Assembly: GCF_009834535.1 (NCBI RefSeq)
Contig: NC_045696.1
Span: 92,878,001-92,942,000 of the forward strand
Direction of reading: 5' to 3'
DNA length: 64,000 nt
Source: Camelus ferus
Taxonomy: Eukaryota
The notes under the pieces were generated by a model, which ran no database searches, had not been told where the DNA came from, and saw only the letters and a list, made by a program, of their open reading frames with translations. This document shows, in pieces, positions 25,056-38,705 of this stretch (positions within the stretch are counted from its first letter, which is position 1; each line of letters begins with the position of its first letter). Made by a program: the position numbers and the translations under genes.

Positions 25056-27267
25056 CTGTACAGCATTGACTGCATTATATAAATGTAAGGAATCATTATT
25101 AAAATAAATCTAATTTTCCTGAAGTTATTTTAGCGCCAATTGCCTAGTGTAGAAATGTCAATCATCAGTGTTGAGACAGTGAGTGGCTTGGACACTGACA
25201 GCAAACAAGACTTTCAGATGAGTTCCATGGAAAACAGGGAGACAGTGTTTCTGTGTCACCTGAACAGCTGTGTCATATAGAAAGCACAACACGGGGACAG
25301 AAAGGACAGTAGAGAGCATAAACCTATGCTGAACCTTCATTCATACAGTAAAACCCCCATATAGCTTTCAAAGTGAGGTCTGAAAAATGCTGTTGTGTAA
25401 AATGTAGCTTTTGCTCTTGGGAAGTGAATTAAACGAGAGCAGGGATGGAGGTAGTAGGATAGGAGCTGATGGACTTACATTTCAGTTCTCATTATTATGA
25501 GGTTTTACGCTTTCACTGAGTTAGTCCTTACTACTTGAATTTTGGAGTGGTTCCCAGTAGCTCCTTTATGGTGCCTAGAAAATTGTGGGTTTCCTGGAAT
25601 GCCTGCTGGTATTTTCACCAACTGAATGAATACTTTTCAAATGTGGTGGGTTTTGCTAGTACCTTTGGCTTTGTATCTGAAGGTAGTTAACGTGTTCTCA
25701 GCAGCAGCAAGCTCCAGCCCAGGGTGATGGGTGTTGTTTGTTTGTTTTCATTACTTGGCTCTCATGGGCTCTGGTAGACTGCCTGAGTCTAGTTCAGGGC
25801 TCCTCCCTCTCTGGACAAATGGCTTTGTAAACCAAATAATTGCAATGTAAACTCAGTCTTTCAACAGCACATATAGTTTTTTTATCAACTTGCTTCTTTT
25901 TATTTTGTGAGAAATCACTTATCTTTTAGACTGCATGTGGTAAGTCTCTCTGGCTTATAGCAGACAGGTGAATGAACTGCTCAAAGCCAGACGGGGTCAG
26001 GAGAGTTCCTTGCAGGTAGCGTGGTTTTATTTATTTATGGCATTTTTGGGTGGTGTCTAGTAACATAGGCCTCTGAATGGAGTATAGATGATAAAATTTA
26101 CTCAAAGGATGCATTAGCCATTATGCAGCTGGTTTTGGGGAAAAGGCATTCTGTGCTCTTTCAAACATGCACAAAAAGGCTGCATAACACAGCTTTTTTC
26201 CCCCCTGCAAAACGTTAAATGCTATTAAATAGACTGTTTGAATTAGATTTCACTAAAACGTAAGTATTGCACCTAAGAGATAATGGACTTTCTGGAGAAA
26301 TATCATTGAAATAAAAAGTACTGGCTCATAAGTTAGTTTCCTCTATTATTATTTGTTAGTATAGCTAAGTATCACAGATTGTGGAGCTGAAAGGATTTTC
26401 GATCAAAATATCACATTTTCTGTTAGTATTTAAAGAAATTATTCCCAAAGAGTTTGCTTTTCCCAGTGGCACTAAGTAATGTACATGCAGCACCTTGAGA
26501 CTAACTCAGTAATATCGGCATATACTGCTTTTTTGGTGCCATATATTGTTCTTACAAATACTAATTCATTTAATCCTCATAACTACTTTATAAGGTAGCC
26601 ACAGAGGCGGTAAGTGACCTATTTAAGATCACATTGTTAATTACATGAGCCAGCTGATCTGAACATAAGCACTCTCGCTCCAGAGTTCTCTGTTCTCTGT
26701 TAAGCTAGCTGCCTCACCCTTTTTTTTTTTTAAATTTTCTTTTGCTAACCTTTGTATTCTTGAATGAACATGGCAGGCTGCTTTCATGATTTGGTGGAAG
26801 GATCTGTAGATACACACACACAAGTGGATTTACCTAGAACATTCCGTCTTGATAGGGAGTCATTTTCTTTCTACGTATAATTTATGATTAGCGAACTTCA
26901 CTGTTTGTGTAGAAAGCATTATTTTTGCAAATAGCTACTAGCTTCTGGTGAGTGGGTTTTTGGCAGTGCATCTGCACTGGTTATTGACTTGAGCTTATTA
27001 ATTCTATTGCTTCACGGAGAACATTTGTCTAGTAGTTGAAGGACTGTTTCACTGATTAAATCTGAAAGGTGTATAGGAGTATTGAGATTGCTTAAGTGTT
27101 TTTGCAAAGCTTAAGTGGTTATGACCCTAGTAACCTCAAACACTGCTCATTTAACCATTTTGTACTGTGTCAAGAATGCTTTAAAAAAAATCAGTAGGCC
27201 TTTTTAGCATAGCAGAAAACATCTTATTTTACTGAAAGTACTCTACTATTGTTTGGTTTTGTTTTAG

Positions 27268-27361
27268 ATGAATAATGTGACAACAGACTATTGTATTGAC
27301 GTCATAAGGAAATTTGAAGTTTCAGAAGAAAATAAGGCAAAAAATGTCCTTGGCGTAGAAG
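27268..27361 (+). CDS. PLCH1: PLC-eta-1 coding exon (MNNVTTDYCIDVIRKFEVSEENKAKNVLGVE), 94 nt
   Basis: gttttag| acceptor, G|gtaaaa donor; frame continuous with neighbouring exons. Confidence 0.95.
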
Positions 27362-28045
27362 GTAAAATAACCAGTATTCTTAATCTCTCATTTCTCAATC
27401 TGTTTGCTAAATTAAATTCTAGCAAAAATTTTAGGAAAGGAAATCAGGAGATATCCTTGGAATTACAGGTGCTTCAGATAAAACCCACAACACACACATA
27501 CTTTTCTACAAAACAGATGCCATGATATTGCTGTTTCTCTTACTGTTGCAATGACAGTATGCATTTTCCACTCCAGGTAAGTCAGCTTGATGTCACTGTG
27601 TGTGATAGATGCCAAGAAATATCTTGACTTTTCTCAGATGGCTAATTTTTTAGAAATAGTCTCATCCTGATAACTTCATGAAGGGAAATTTGGTCCTAAA
27701 ATAAGTACTCTATGAAACTAGTGACTTGAATGTAAACATACTTATTTAAAAATGTTAGCAAATTAACTTGTTTCACCTAGTTGGTAGTGGTAAAAGATTG
27801 TAGGAATCACAAATTCCATTAATACAACTATCTAATTTTATAGTTGAGGAAAGTGAGGCTTAAAGAAATTAATTTTCCCATTGTTACACACGTAGAATCT
27901 ACCTACTAGGATCTTACATATAAATGATACAGTGTGAGTATAGCTTCTTGTACCTATAAGTTATATGTGTTTAAAATATGTGAGGAAATAAATTGTGGGC
28001 TGCTACCCAAGAGGAGAGCAGGTCCCAGGCAGGACTGATAATCTT

Positions 28046-28141
28046 TTTTTTTTTTTAAATGGAGATTAATTAATGGGGATTAAACCCAGGACCTTGTGCA
28101 TGCTAAGCATGTGCTCTACCACTGAGCTATACCCTCCCCGC
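28046..28141 (-). mobile_element. Vic-1-like SINE with 16-bp TSD
   Basis: CAGGACTGATAATCTT (28030-28045) and CAGGACAGATAATCTT (28142-28157) flank a poly(T) tract plus tRNA-like head. Confidence 0.88.
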
Positions 28142-29252
28142 CAGGACAGATAATCTTAATGAAAGACCCCTGGGGCACCCCACTGCCCTGAAGAGCATCC
28201 AAAGCCATGGCTTACCTTGTTGGCCTCTTGTGTCCCCAAACAGGCTCGTGTGGACAAGGGGGTTTTGATACCATATGTGTACTTCCAGGGATGGAGGCTA
28301 ATTAAACTGAAGGGAGATGATTTAAAATGTATATAACTAAAAACTATTTTAAAAACCACCAGAGAAGAGAAACTAATTTGGACCTTTCTTTACCAAGAAA
28401 TGAATCCTTTCCTTGGTAGGGCCTTGACAGGTGGAATTAAACATGACTTCTAAGTGGTAGCCATAAAGATGGGCATGAAGACATTCTCCAGCATTTCAGA
28501 GGATATTTACAGATAGTTTTACCACCGGATTCTTGAAGACTTGAAATAATTTACCCTAATAATCATTCCACTTAGGTGCTGGTAGGACATTCATGTGTTT
28601 ATTGGTATATTAATAAATGCCTCTCCTACCCAAGCACTATGATTTTGAAAAACTACAGGAAACCTGATGGAGTTTTCTACGTAGTTTTTAAGCACTTTTT
28701 CACAGTTATCAGATGTGCTAGCAATTGGCAGCATCTTCCCAAACCAATTTCATAGTCAAGGAATTGTACCCTGAATTTAGGCTGTGCCTAACTTCTGACC
28801 TGTGACCTCAACCATGGCACTGACAATACTGTTTTTCAGATCAACTTAATAACCTATCAAATTGCTGGTGATCACTTAGTATAAATACGGCTTTAACAGT
28901 GCATCAGTCACCCATCAGGTCACGTGGCATAATCAAAGCTTGAGTTCAGTAGTATCTGAATAGCTTTGCAGTAAGTCTCCTCCGTCCCCCGTCAAAATTC
29001 TTAGAGGGTCTGTTTTTCTGTAGATTATGTTTAAACTGCTACTCCCCAAAGTCATATTTTAGTTTTTGACACTGTCTATTTGACCTGAAGCAAATCTCTC
29101 ATTCATTGCCCACTGTTCCCTGCAAAGTCTATCCTGAATGTAAATAAGATGATCACTATGGGCATACTTTGGCCTTTTTTGTCCTTGTTAGAGTCAACTG
29201 AGTATAGACGCTTTAAAGCTATAGAGCATCACTCGCTCTCTCTCTTCCAAAG

Positions 29253-29456
29253 GCTTCACGAACTTCATGCGTAGTCCTGCTTGTGACATATTTAACCCAC
29301 TGCACCATGAAGTGTACCAGGACATGGATCAGCCCCTTTGCAACTACTACATTGCCTCTTCCCACAACACATACCTGACCGGGGACCAGCTCCTGTCTCA
29401 GTCCAAAGTGGACATGTACGCCCGGGTGCTACAAGAGGGCTGTCGCTGCGTGGAAG
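29253..29456 (+). CDS. PLCH1: PLC-eta-1 coding exon, start of catalytic X box (GFTNFMRSP...[16 protein letters not shown]...GCRCVE), 204 nt
   Basis: PI-PLC signature SSHNTYL with first catalytic His; ccaaag| acceptor, G|gtacgt donor. Confidence 0.97.
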
Positions 29457-32400
29457 GTACGTGCTGTGTCTGAGCTCAAGTGTGTGTTGATGAACGTGTC
29501 CTTTAGTCAGTCAGATATCCTTATAAATAAAGGAGACCTAAAAAATACACTCACACTAATCAGAGCCATTTTTTTTCTCATTGTAAAGTCATTCTTAAGT
29601 CATAATCCTCTCCCCCTCTTCCTTATAGTATAGTCATGAGGGAGAGACTTGTGTGCTAGCAGTTGCGAAGCACACTTTCAGTTGCTGGAAAATTGTGATG
29701 AAGATGAAGATTTTCCTAGAAAGATTTTTTAAAAACTTTTGATTAGACAGTGGCAAAAATAGCTCAGGGTAACTATTTGTTTTCAAGATAATTAATGGTC
29801 TGTCAATCAGTCAACATTTACCATATTTCTAGGGGCTTCCTGGGGGTGAAGACACAGATGTAAGACACGATTTCTGTCTTCAAGGACCTCAGGGTATAAT
29901 AGAAGGAGTGGACATTAGAAACAGTAGTGCAGTGAGAGAACTCACCAGGTGAATGGTGTCTGTGGTAGAGAAGTGCTGTGGAGAGTAAGACGTGAGGTAA
30001 AACGCAATGAGAAATCAGGTAGGCTGGGAGGCGGACGTGGGTCGGTGATAAAGTGTTTTGAGTTCTGTGGTGAGGAATTTCAATTTGAGCTTTTGGTAGC
30101 AAGGGTCTAGTGAATTGTTTTAATACCTATAATGAAATGGCCAGACTTGCAATTTAGAAAGATTGCTTGGGCAGCAGTGTAGGAGGGTAATTTAAAAAAT
30201 ATTTATGTATGTATGTTTTGGAGGGGGCAGATTAGAGCAAGGAGCATGCTGGGAAGGCTGTTGAGATGACTCAAAGGAGGGATTATAAAAGCTTGGACTA
30301 AGTGAGAAAGAGATGATGATATGGGTACTAATGAAGTGAGCTTAACAGGACCTGGTGAGAGCAGTAAAGGATGTAAGGCATGAGGGGAAGAAATGAGTGA
30401 ATGGTGGTGCCCCCACATTCATGAGGAACTGAGTGGACGAGCATTAACCAGTTCAGTTTTCCACCAGCTGAGTTTATATAGTGACTTTGTAACATGTACG
30501 TGGAGATTTGTATCAGTCAGTGGGATAACAATGTCTGAACTCAACAGAAGGAGCCAGGCAGGATAAAGCTTTCACAGTTCTGAGTTTCGTAGGTGGTAGT
30601 GCACAAGATCACTTAGAGAGATCTTCGTGTATAAGCGTACACGAAAGTGTGCAGAGTCACTTAGGGGACTGGAAAAGGGAACAAGGCCTGAGGACTTAAG
30701 CCATCCAATAGTTAGAAGTAGAAAGAACAAGGGGACTGATGAAGACAACTAACACACAGCAGGCACTTGGACTTAAGGGATGAAATGGTCAAAGAATGTC
30801 CCATGCAACAGAAAAATAAAGATTAAGTATCCAGTCTGGTTGCATTTGACAGCTGGAGGGTTCCAAGTGTCCTTTGCTCTATGGTTTTAGTGGGTGATGG
30901 TCGGGTAGCTGATCTGCTCTGGATTAGTCACTTAGCATTCTTCTGCATGAGAAGAAGACTTGAGGATACAGGGTTGGGAAAGTTTTGAGACTTGGAAGAG
31001 GAGGAAATGAAGATACAGGTTTGTTTTTAGATGGGATAGAGGACAGGAGATTTTGGAAGTGTTCTTGCCTGAAAGCATCTCCTTCCTCAGGATGGTAGAA
31101 GAGAGCACTGTCCACTAAGTGTAGAGTGGGCGGAGGCTGGCTGGGGCTTAAGATCAGCAAACAGTAGGAAAGGAGTTGACAAGATAAATTGGGGAAGTCC
31201 TCGCTAATTTCAAAAGCAGCCTTTAACAAAACAGTCTGTTCATTATCCAAAATTGGCATGTTTAGACTTCTCCCACCCCATTCTCAATAGATTAGGTATA
31301 AGGGCAATGAAGACAGATGATAGGATTGATCCAAACCTTTGGATTTCTAGGTCATGTGAAATATCTTCAAAATGCTTGTGAGAGCTCTTTTAAGTAATTG
31401 ACAGTAGGTGTATGAACTAGGAAAGGAAATGAAGGAGCCACAGAATGAGGTTAAGAGACTAGAAGACAAAACAAAACAAAACAAAACACCCCCCAGAACT
31501 ATGGAGAATGTTGTCAACACATATACAAAACACAAGAACAGAGAACTATTAACACAAGGTGGGATTCTGGATGTAGTAGCAGGTGATGACTATATCCAGA
31601 GTGCGTCATGGGTGAGTGTGGTTAGAGCGAAGCAAGGAGTTGTTGGCTTTGAGGACTGGAAGCTAAGAGATTGGGTGGATTGGCCACATGGACTTTTAAC
31701 TCAAAGGATGCTGATGTGGGGGTAGAAGTTAAAAAATTAAAAGATTAAAAGTAGGCTATTAAAAACTGTAAACCAGATATTTAAGTTCAAAAAGAATGCT
31801 ATAGAAAAGGCACTTGGAAGATGCCAGAAAGGTAGAGATGGATAAAGGGAGGTTTAAAAGTGGGGGGCTTTGTTTATGAATGTAGAACCATTGTTTGAAA
31901 GTAGCAGTAAAGACCACCTCATTCTGTGATGTCTACAAAAAAGCGTCTGTGGAGACAGGAAGCAGTGTCCTCCATGTAAACTGGTTTTGAACCACAATAA
32001 GGAGGATGAGGAGGAATTCCAAAGAGTCTGATGATGAAGGGGAATTTGTTTATGATGGAATGGAGATTCCATGGAGCAAAGGGGAATTGCTTTTTGGTGG
32101 GAGCATACTAGGAGTCGGCACTAGGTAACACGTTGTTCTTGGGAAATTATTCAAATAAAGCAGGAGGGCAGTGGTAAGTGGAATAATAATACTGGTAAGT
32201 GGAGGAGCCTTTCTTTGTCAAATAATTTCTGACATGAAGAATTTTCTGCTACAAAAGTGAAAGATGTAATGTTATAGCAATAGTAGCAATAATGTTATTA
32301 AGGTAAATTAGCACTTTTAAAAATGGACAGGTATTGAAAACTATCTACATTGCAGAGTCATTAGGACTACTACATGTTTAGCACTCTGGGTATGTCTGGT

Positions 32401-35284
32401 TTAAGACATGGCATTTTTGCAGTAGGTGCAAAGAACACCTACTGACAATAGTGACTGATAATTGAGTAGCTTAAGCAACTGAATAATGAAGATGCTTATA
32501 AAATATTCACATAGAGAAAAACCTTTCAAGCAACAAAAGGTCTTGAGGTGACATTCTGTTCTCAGCCATTATTCAACCCTTTGTTCACGCAGCACTCAAC
32601 AAGTTTTATAAGTCTGACATGCAGAGAGATGCCTGGGGCACACACCCGCCCTGGATTCGGAGTGGTGGTTGTCTGTCACTTTAAATGGTGACATTTTCTT
32701 GGAGGCCAAGTATGGAAAATGGCTTCTAGTGACGCCATGAAGTGATAGTCAACTCCGACAGCTTTGCAGTTTTGTTATTTGTGTCCAATATTCTATTTCT
32801 TTTGCTTTTTAGGTCTTTCAGGTACCCAGTCTTCTCTTTTTTGATCTCACTGTCCAAAATCAGTGTCTACCCAAGCTTAACCATGTTCCTGTGATGAGCT
32901 CCTTACTGAATCAGATCTTCTAGTTCTCCAGCTTTGTCTGGAATATTTAGCAGGGAAGTTACCTGATTAAGACAACTGATTGTAAGGCACAAATAATTTT
33001 TAGTTTCAGCTTTTTGAGGGATCTTTTAATTTTAAATTCCACTTTTAGAAATTGTGTGCAGTAGGTGATATTGAATATGGACCTTCTCTTGTACCTTCTT
33101 ACTAGAACCTCCTTGTCTAAAAGGCGTTGGTTGCTCCAGACATTCCCACAAACTCAGAATATGCACAGCTACGGTATAATTTTAAAAATTGTGCAATCTC
33201 TCAAATATCTCCCTCGCCAAGCTTGCATCAGCAAATGCCTCCTCTGTTATTTGGCTTGAAATTCTTACTATTGGAATAATCTCTGACTGGACAGTGAAAG
33301 TCAAGCTGCTGTTTCTGGAAGGTTTTGTTGAGAAGAATTATATTTCTCCGGGAGACTTGGTCAGCTTTGTGCTAGCTCCATTTCTGTTTGGAACCATGGT
33401 TGTCAGCTTGGCTTTGAATGTACTGTAGGAAGGAACAAGGAAACCACTATGATTTCATCCCCGTTTGTGGGCTAGATTCTGGCTAAGTCTGTACATTCTC
33501 ATCCATTTAATTTTTATCACACTAAGGAAGGTAGAGCAATCTTCTGAAGAAGGCACCCTAACTTGGGGTAGGGTTGGTGGCTCAAGGTCCTGTCACTAGG
33601 AAGCTTGGAAGCTGGGACTTAAACCCAAGTTGTCTGACTCCCCCACTTATTCAGGAAGCCTATGTGCTTATTGGAGGAACAAGCATTGAATGACATGACC
33701 AGCCCAAGGGAAGATCAAATGGGGGTCCTCAGGTCACATAAGGAAGGTTAGAAAGCACGACACACAGCACAGAAGGGAGATGGGCTTTAAAAGGGGGCAT
33801 TTGCTTGGCTTAGAATTAGGCCTGGCATCTGAATATCTAGATGTTCCTGAAGATTTTAGAACCTGATGGCACGATCTTCCATGCTCTTTCTTTCAGTCCC
33901 ATAATTTGAAGATTTTAGCTTTCATTTCAAGCTTGAGCCTGGAGGGGCCGATGTGTGTACACCCAGTGATACTTTATCTACCTTGCGTCTGGATGAAGTT
34001 GTTTTTATTCTTACACAGCTGCAGCTAGGATTTAAGGAGCTTGATTTATAGAACGTAGCAGGTCATGGATTGAAAATTTCAGGTCCCACAAATAATCTTC
34101 TGAAGTAGCTTTTGCCAAGTATTGCGCTTAGCAATGGAGAGTAATGATTCTGGACAGGTTCTTTATGGTATTGTGACCTGAAGAATCTCTTTACTTTCAA
34201 GCTTCTGTTTTAATAATATCATGTTTTCCACCTCCATTAGTTCAGCTGCAGCAACGTCCCCGGTCAGGATATACACGACATCTTAGGGAAGACTAAGAAG
34301 TCTTTTTTTGGCGAAGTGAGTTTGTCAGCAAATCAAATTGACTTTTTTTTTTTTTTTTACGTGGCCTTCCATTCCCCTGATTTTCAGCCCTGGTTGCTTA
34401 ATAAATATGAACGTTCTGTCCAGGGGATTTTCACTCTCATTATGGAACTGATGTTGCATTGCTGGTGTAATCGGTGTACAACTTTTCCTGTGAGCTCTGG
34501 GAGCACCATCAGGGTGGAACATTTTTAAGTTCCATTATGAAAAGCTGTCATGGTGGCGGTGCAGCTGGCCTTCAGAACTGACCACCTGTTTGTGAGGGTG
34601 CTTCCAGGGGCCTCGAATGTGTGGTCTGATTGAAAAATAGCCCTGACTATTTTGTGGCTAGGAAATTGGTTAGAGGATTTCTGCTTTGCCAACATTCCCG
34701 TTATAGCACTAGGTCTCTCAGGAGCCCTTCATGGCCGTTTGGACTCGGCTATGGATGCCACGCGTTCGGACCATTTGAGAGTGTTGTTATCCTCATTTAA
34801 CAGACAAGTGATAAAATAGACCTAAAAAGTGAACTTTGGGAGAAGCATCCTCAACTGTGGATATTCTGCCTGTGTTGTAAGTATAAGAGAGCACCTTCTT
34901 TCATGACCAATGCAGTGTCTTTTTTTTTTTAAAACATGGTCAATTATAAAAGTTAGTATTAATGTGACAATAATTTGTAACTCCACTTTTTGTTCTCTAT
35001 ATGACTTAAGAGACTAACACATTTATTTTTATTTTTTTATCATTTTTCAGTTTTATTAGGTACAATTTGACTGCACAGATATAATATATTGCATGTAAAT
35101 ACATATGTACAATATACTGGATTGCTTCTAAGAACAGTTTAAAGCTTTAGCTTTTTAAAGTTACATAGTTGTCAAAGGAATAAAGCCAACCACAAAATAA
35201 GATTCAGCAGAATGCAGTAATCCAATCATAAAGAACAGTCAAATGTACTTACACATATTCAAGAAGTCAATCATCTAAGTTATA

Positions 35285-35432
35285 AATAATAAGTAGTTCA
35301 TTTGTGTCCTTTTTTTTTTTAGATTCCACATATAAGTGATATTGTATGGCATTTTTCTTTCTCTTTCTCACTTACTTCACTTAGAATGATGATCTCCAGG
35401 TCCAACCATGTTGCTGCAAATAGCATTATTTC
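35285..35432 (-). mobile_element. L1 3'-region fragment
   Basis: agattccacatataagtgat...cacttagaatgatgatctccaggtccaaccatgttgctgcaaat. Confidence 0.85.
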
Positions 35433-35920
35433 TTATTAAGAGATATTTTTATCTGTGTATGATAATCAAGTCAGTGTGGCATTGCCCTTTCTACTTTGCC
35501 TTCTTTTTGAAAAGAAATTAGCTCATTTATAAGGAACACGTTATGCTCTTTTTCTCCCAAGGGTATAAATTGGAGCATATTGTTTAAGTTATATACTTTT
35601 GAAACATCTGTTTGTTCTTTCCACGCCTGTATCTAAAGACAAATTAAAGAATGTCAAGTACAGATACAGATGGAGTTTCTCTTCTGAGAAGATACCTTTA
35701 TATATTTGACCTCATTTATAGGCCCAAAGGAACAGTGTAACACCATATGATAGCACTCCAAAATACTTGTTCTTAAACTTTGTTTCCAGTATTTCTATGG
35801 TATTAACCTTGAAAGTTCTTTCTCCTTTTACATTTTCCATTTTCCCCCTTAAGAATGTTTTAATAGGCCATGTTTAATTGAAATATGTAACTGTATTAGT
35901 AAGGGAACAGAACTAACTCA

Positions 35921-36134
35921 TCTCTTTTCTTTTTTCTTTTCCTCCCTTCCCTTCCCTTCCCTTCCCTTCCCTTCCCTTCCCTTCTCTTTATTTCTTTCCT
36001 TCTTTCCTTTCTTCCTTTCTTTCTTTCTATCCTTCCTTTCCTTTCCTTTCCTTTCCTTTCCTTTCCTTTCCTTTCCTTTCCTTCCTTTCCTTCCTTCCTT
36101 CCTTCCTTCCTTCCTTCCTTCCTTCCTTCCTTCC

Positions 36135-36205
<71 letters not shown>
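35921..36205. repeat. Compound homopyrimidine microsatellite (CTTCC)n/(TTTC)n/(TTTCC)n/(TTCC)n/(CT)n
   Basis: Directly visible; about 285 nt with almost no purines. Confidence 0.98.
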
Positions 36206-36206
<1 letters not shown>

Positions 36207-38017
36207 AGACAGACAGAGACAGGGAAGAAAGAAGAAAGGAAAGAGACTTTTGACTTTTCTCGGGTCTGACAACCCGTGTCCTTATTCCTACTTTGCAATG
36301 GTTGATTGGCAGTGGGAAGTAGTTACCTCACTTGGACACACATTTCCTGTTGGACTGCTGTGCTTATTGTTGTAACCAGCTAGGTTCTTGTTGGTATTTG
36401 AATTTGTGACCCCCTCTCACAAGGAAGGGCAGAGTCATGGGAACTGGCAAGGTTCTATGGGGGATCCTCGTTTAGGATCTAAATCCTTGAGCAAGGATTT
36501 GATTCCTGATTGGGATATAGATGAGCGAAGTGAAAGAGGGCATCTCAGTTGACCTTAAATGAAAGAAGCAAAGGCACAGGAGTAGGATTGTAGGTGAGAA
36601 AGTGGGACTAACTGGAAGAGCAAGTCTGAGTTCGGGTGTAGGAGAAAGTAAGTTGGACGTGTCAAACAGGAGCTAGGATATTAATTATCTGGTTTCTTTA
36701 ACAGTTAACCCTAAAATCTCTGTGCCTTAAAACAACTGAAGTTGATTTCTTATGTGAAACCCAAAATAGCTGTTCCTAATGGGCGAATCTTTCCAGTAGT
36801 GATTTCGGGGTGCAGTCTCTTCCCCTCTGTATCTGTGCCGTCTTCGGCACCTGACTTCTGGAGTCACGGCAGAAGAGGAGAGGGCACGGATGACTGTGTA
36901 GGGCAGGCTTTCCTAGACCGGACCTGGAAGTGGTGCACATCATTTCTGCTCATATTTCAGGGTCATGTCCTGCTATAAGCGAAGGCTGGGAAATACAGTC
37001 CAGCTGTGAGCCAGGGCAAAGCAGAAAACAGGCTTAGCTGAATGGCTAGCCAGTCTCTAGCACCGGAGATAGGGACCTTGGGGTTAAGCAGGCAGGAGCT
37101 GCTATAGGATGTTTATTAATAGTCTGCTGAGTACATGCTATGTGTTGGATGCTATGTAATGCACTGAGTAGGATTTTGAGCAAAGTCGTCACGTGGAGAA
37201 AGCAGTGTTTTGAGAAATTAGTCTGGTGGCAGACTTTAAAACAGGAGAAGGCAAACTCAAAGTCAGGGAGGATGCTGGGGAGGCTGTTGGGCCAGTGGGG
37301 GTGTCCATACATGTAACAATGTCAATATTATCAGTAACAGTAATCGTTACTATGTGCCACGCAGGACTATAATCAACTTCACATGTACTTATACATCACT
37401 CAAGTTTATGATTCAAGTCTTGTTATGAGTCTTCTTTTATGGATGGGGAAGCAGTACCTTAAATTATTAAATCATTTGCCCATATTCACATAAATCTTAG
37501 CAGGGCCTGAGGATTTGAACTTAGGAAGTCAATACTATTTTAAAAGTACTGTAGAATTAATAAAATGGAAATAAACCTAATGGAAGCACACTGAGTTTAA
37601 GTGAACAATGATGAAAAACCTTGTTACTGATTTGAGAGGGTGATTGTGACTTTTTAAAAGACTTTATAATAAACTGAAGAAGTAAAATTAGAGAAACAAA
37701 CTGTTGAGCAATATCACTGTCCTTGGTCACACTTGGCTGGATTTAGCTGAATTTCTAATGAGAGTTCTTGGTAAATGCTAAACTGCTTGTGAATATGACA
37801 TCTTTGTTAACTATAAGCACTCACAATAAATCGTTTATAATCTTTAATTCTTATTTTTTCAGTATTATTGACCAAAGTCTATTTTTCATTCAGGTTTCTT
37901 TTGTTTTTTTCCCCCTAATGTCCTCTTTCTAGGATCCAGGATCCCACCCAGGAGGCCACATTCTGCTTAATCATCACTTCTTAGGCTCCTCTTGGCTGCG
38001 ACAGTTATTCTTATTCT

Positions 38018-38408
38018 TTTTTAAATTGAGACGTAGTCAACTAAAAATGTTATGTTAGTTTCTGGTGCACAGCATAGTGATCCAGCTATACACACATATA
38101 TATGTTCTTTTTCATTATAGGTTATTACAAGCTGTTGAATATAGTTCCCTGTACTATACAGTAGGGCCTTGTTGTTTATTCTGTGCATAGTAGTTTGTAT
38201 CTGCTAATCTTATACTCTCAATTTATTCCTGCCCCCTCTTCCCCTTTGGTAACCGTAAGTTCGTTTTCTGTGTCTGCAAGTCTCTTTCTGTTTTATAATA
38301 AGTAAGTTCGTTTGTGTCATTTTTTAAGATTCCACATATAAGTGCTGTCATATGGTATTTGTCTTTGTCTGTCTGACTGACTTAGTATGATAGCCTCTGG
38401 GTCCATTA
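38018..38408 (-). mobile_element. 5'-truncated L1 3' end
   Basis: Same L1 3'UTR family as other copies; approximate TSD ttc(c)ttattct on both sides. Confidence 0.85.
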
Positions 38409-38584
38409 ATTCCTTATTCTGATAAATATGCCGACACACTCATTTCTGTCTGACAATCTTTGTCATGATCAGAATACCTATAATCTCAAATAATAAACTT
38501 AAAATAATGCTTGTCTGATGTTTCCAGAAATATCAGGAAACACCAGAAACTTTGGGTTGTTGATGTGACGTTCTGTTTTGGCAG

Positions 38585-38705
38585 TTGACTGTTGGGATGG
38601 CCCCGACGGGGAGCCCGTAGTGCACCATGGTTATACTCTGACTTCAAAAATCCTCTTCAGGGACGTGGTGGAGACCATCAACAAGCATGCCTTTGTGAAG
38701 AACGA
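38585..38705 (+). CDS. PLCH1: PLC-eta-1 coding exon, X box ([40 protein letters not shown]), 121 nt
   Basis: PI-PLC motif DCWDG...HGxTLT with second catalytic His; ggcag| acceptor, GA|gtaagt donor. Confidence 0.97.

Noticed and set aside
35918..36298. 126-aa ER/KEGR-rich ORF
   Set aside because: Translation of a purine microsatellite
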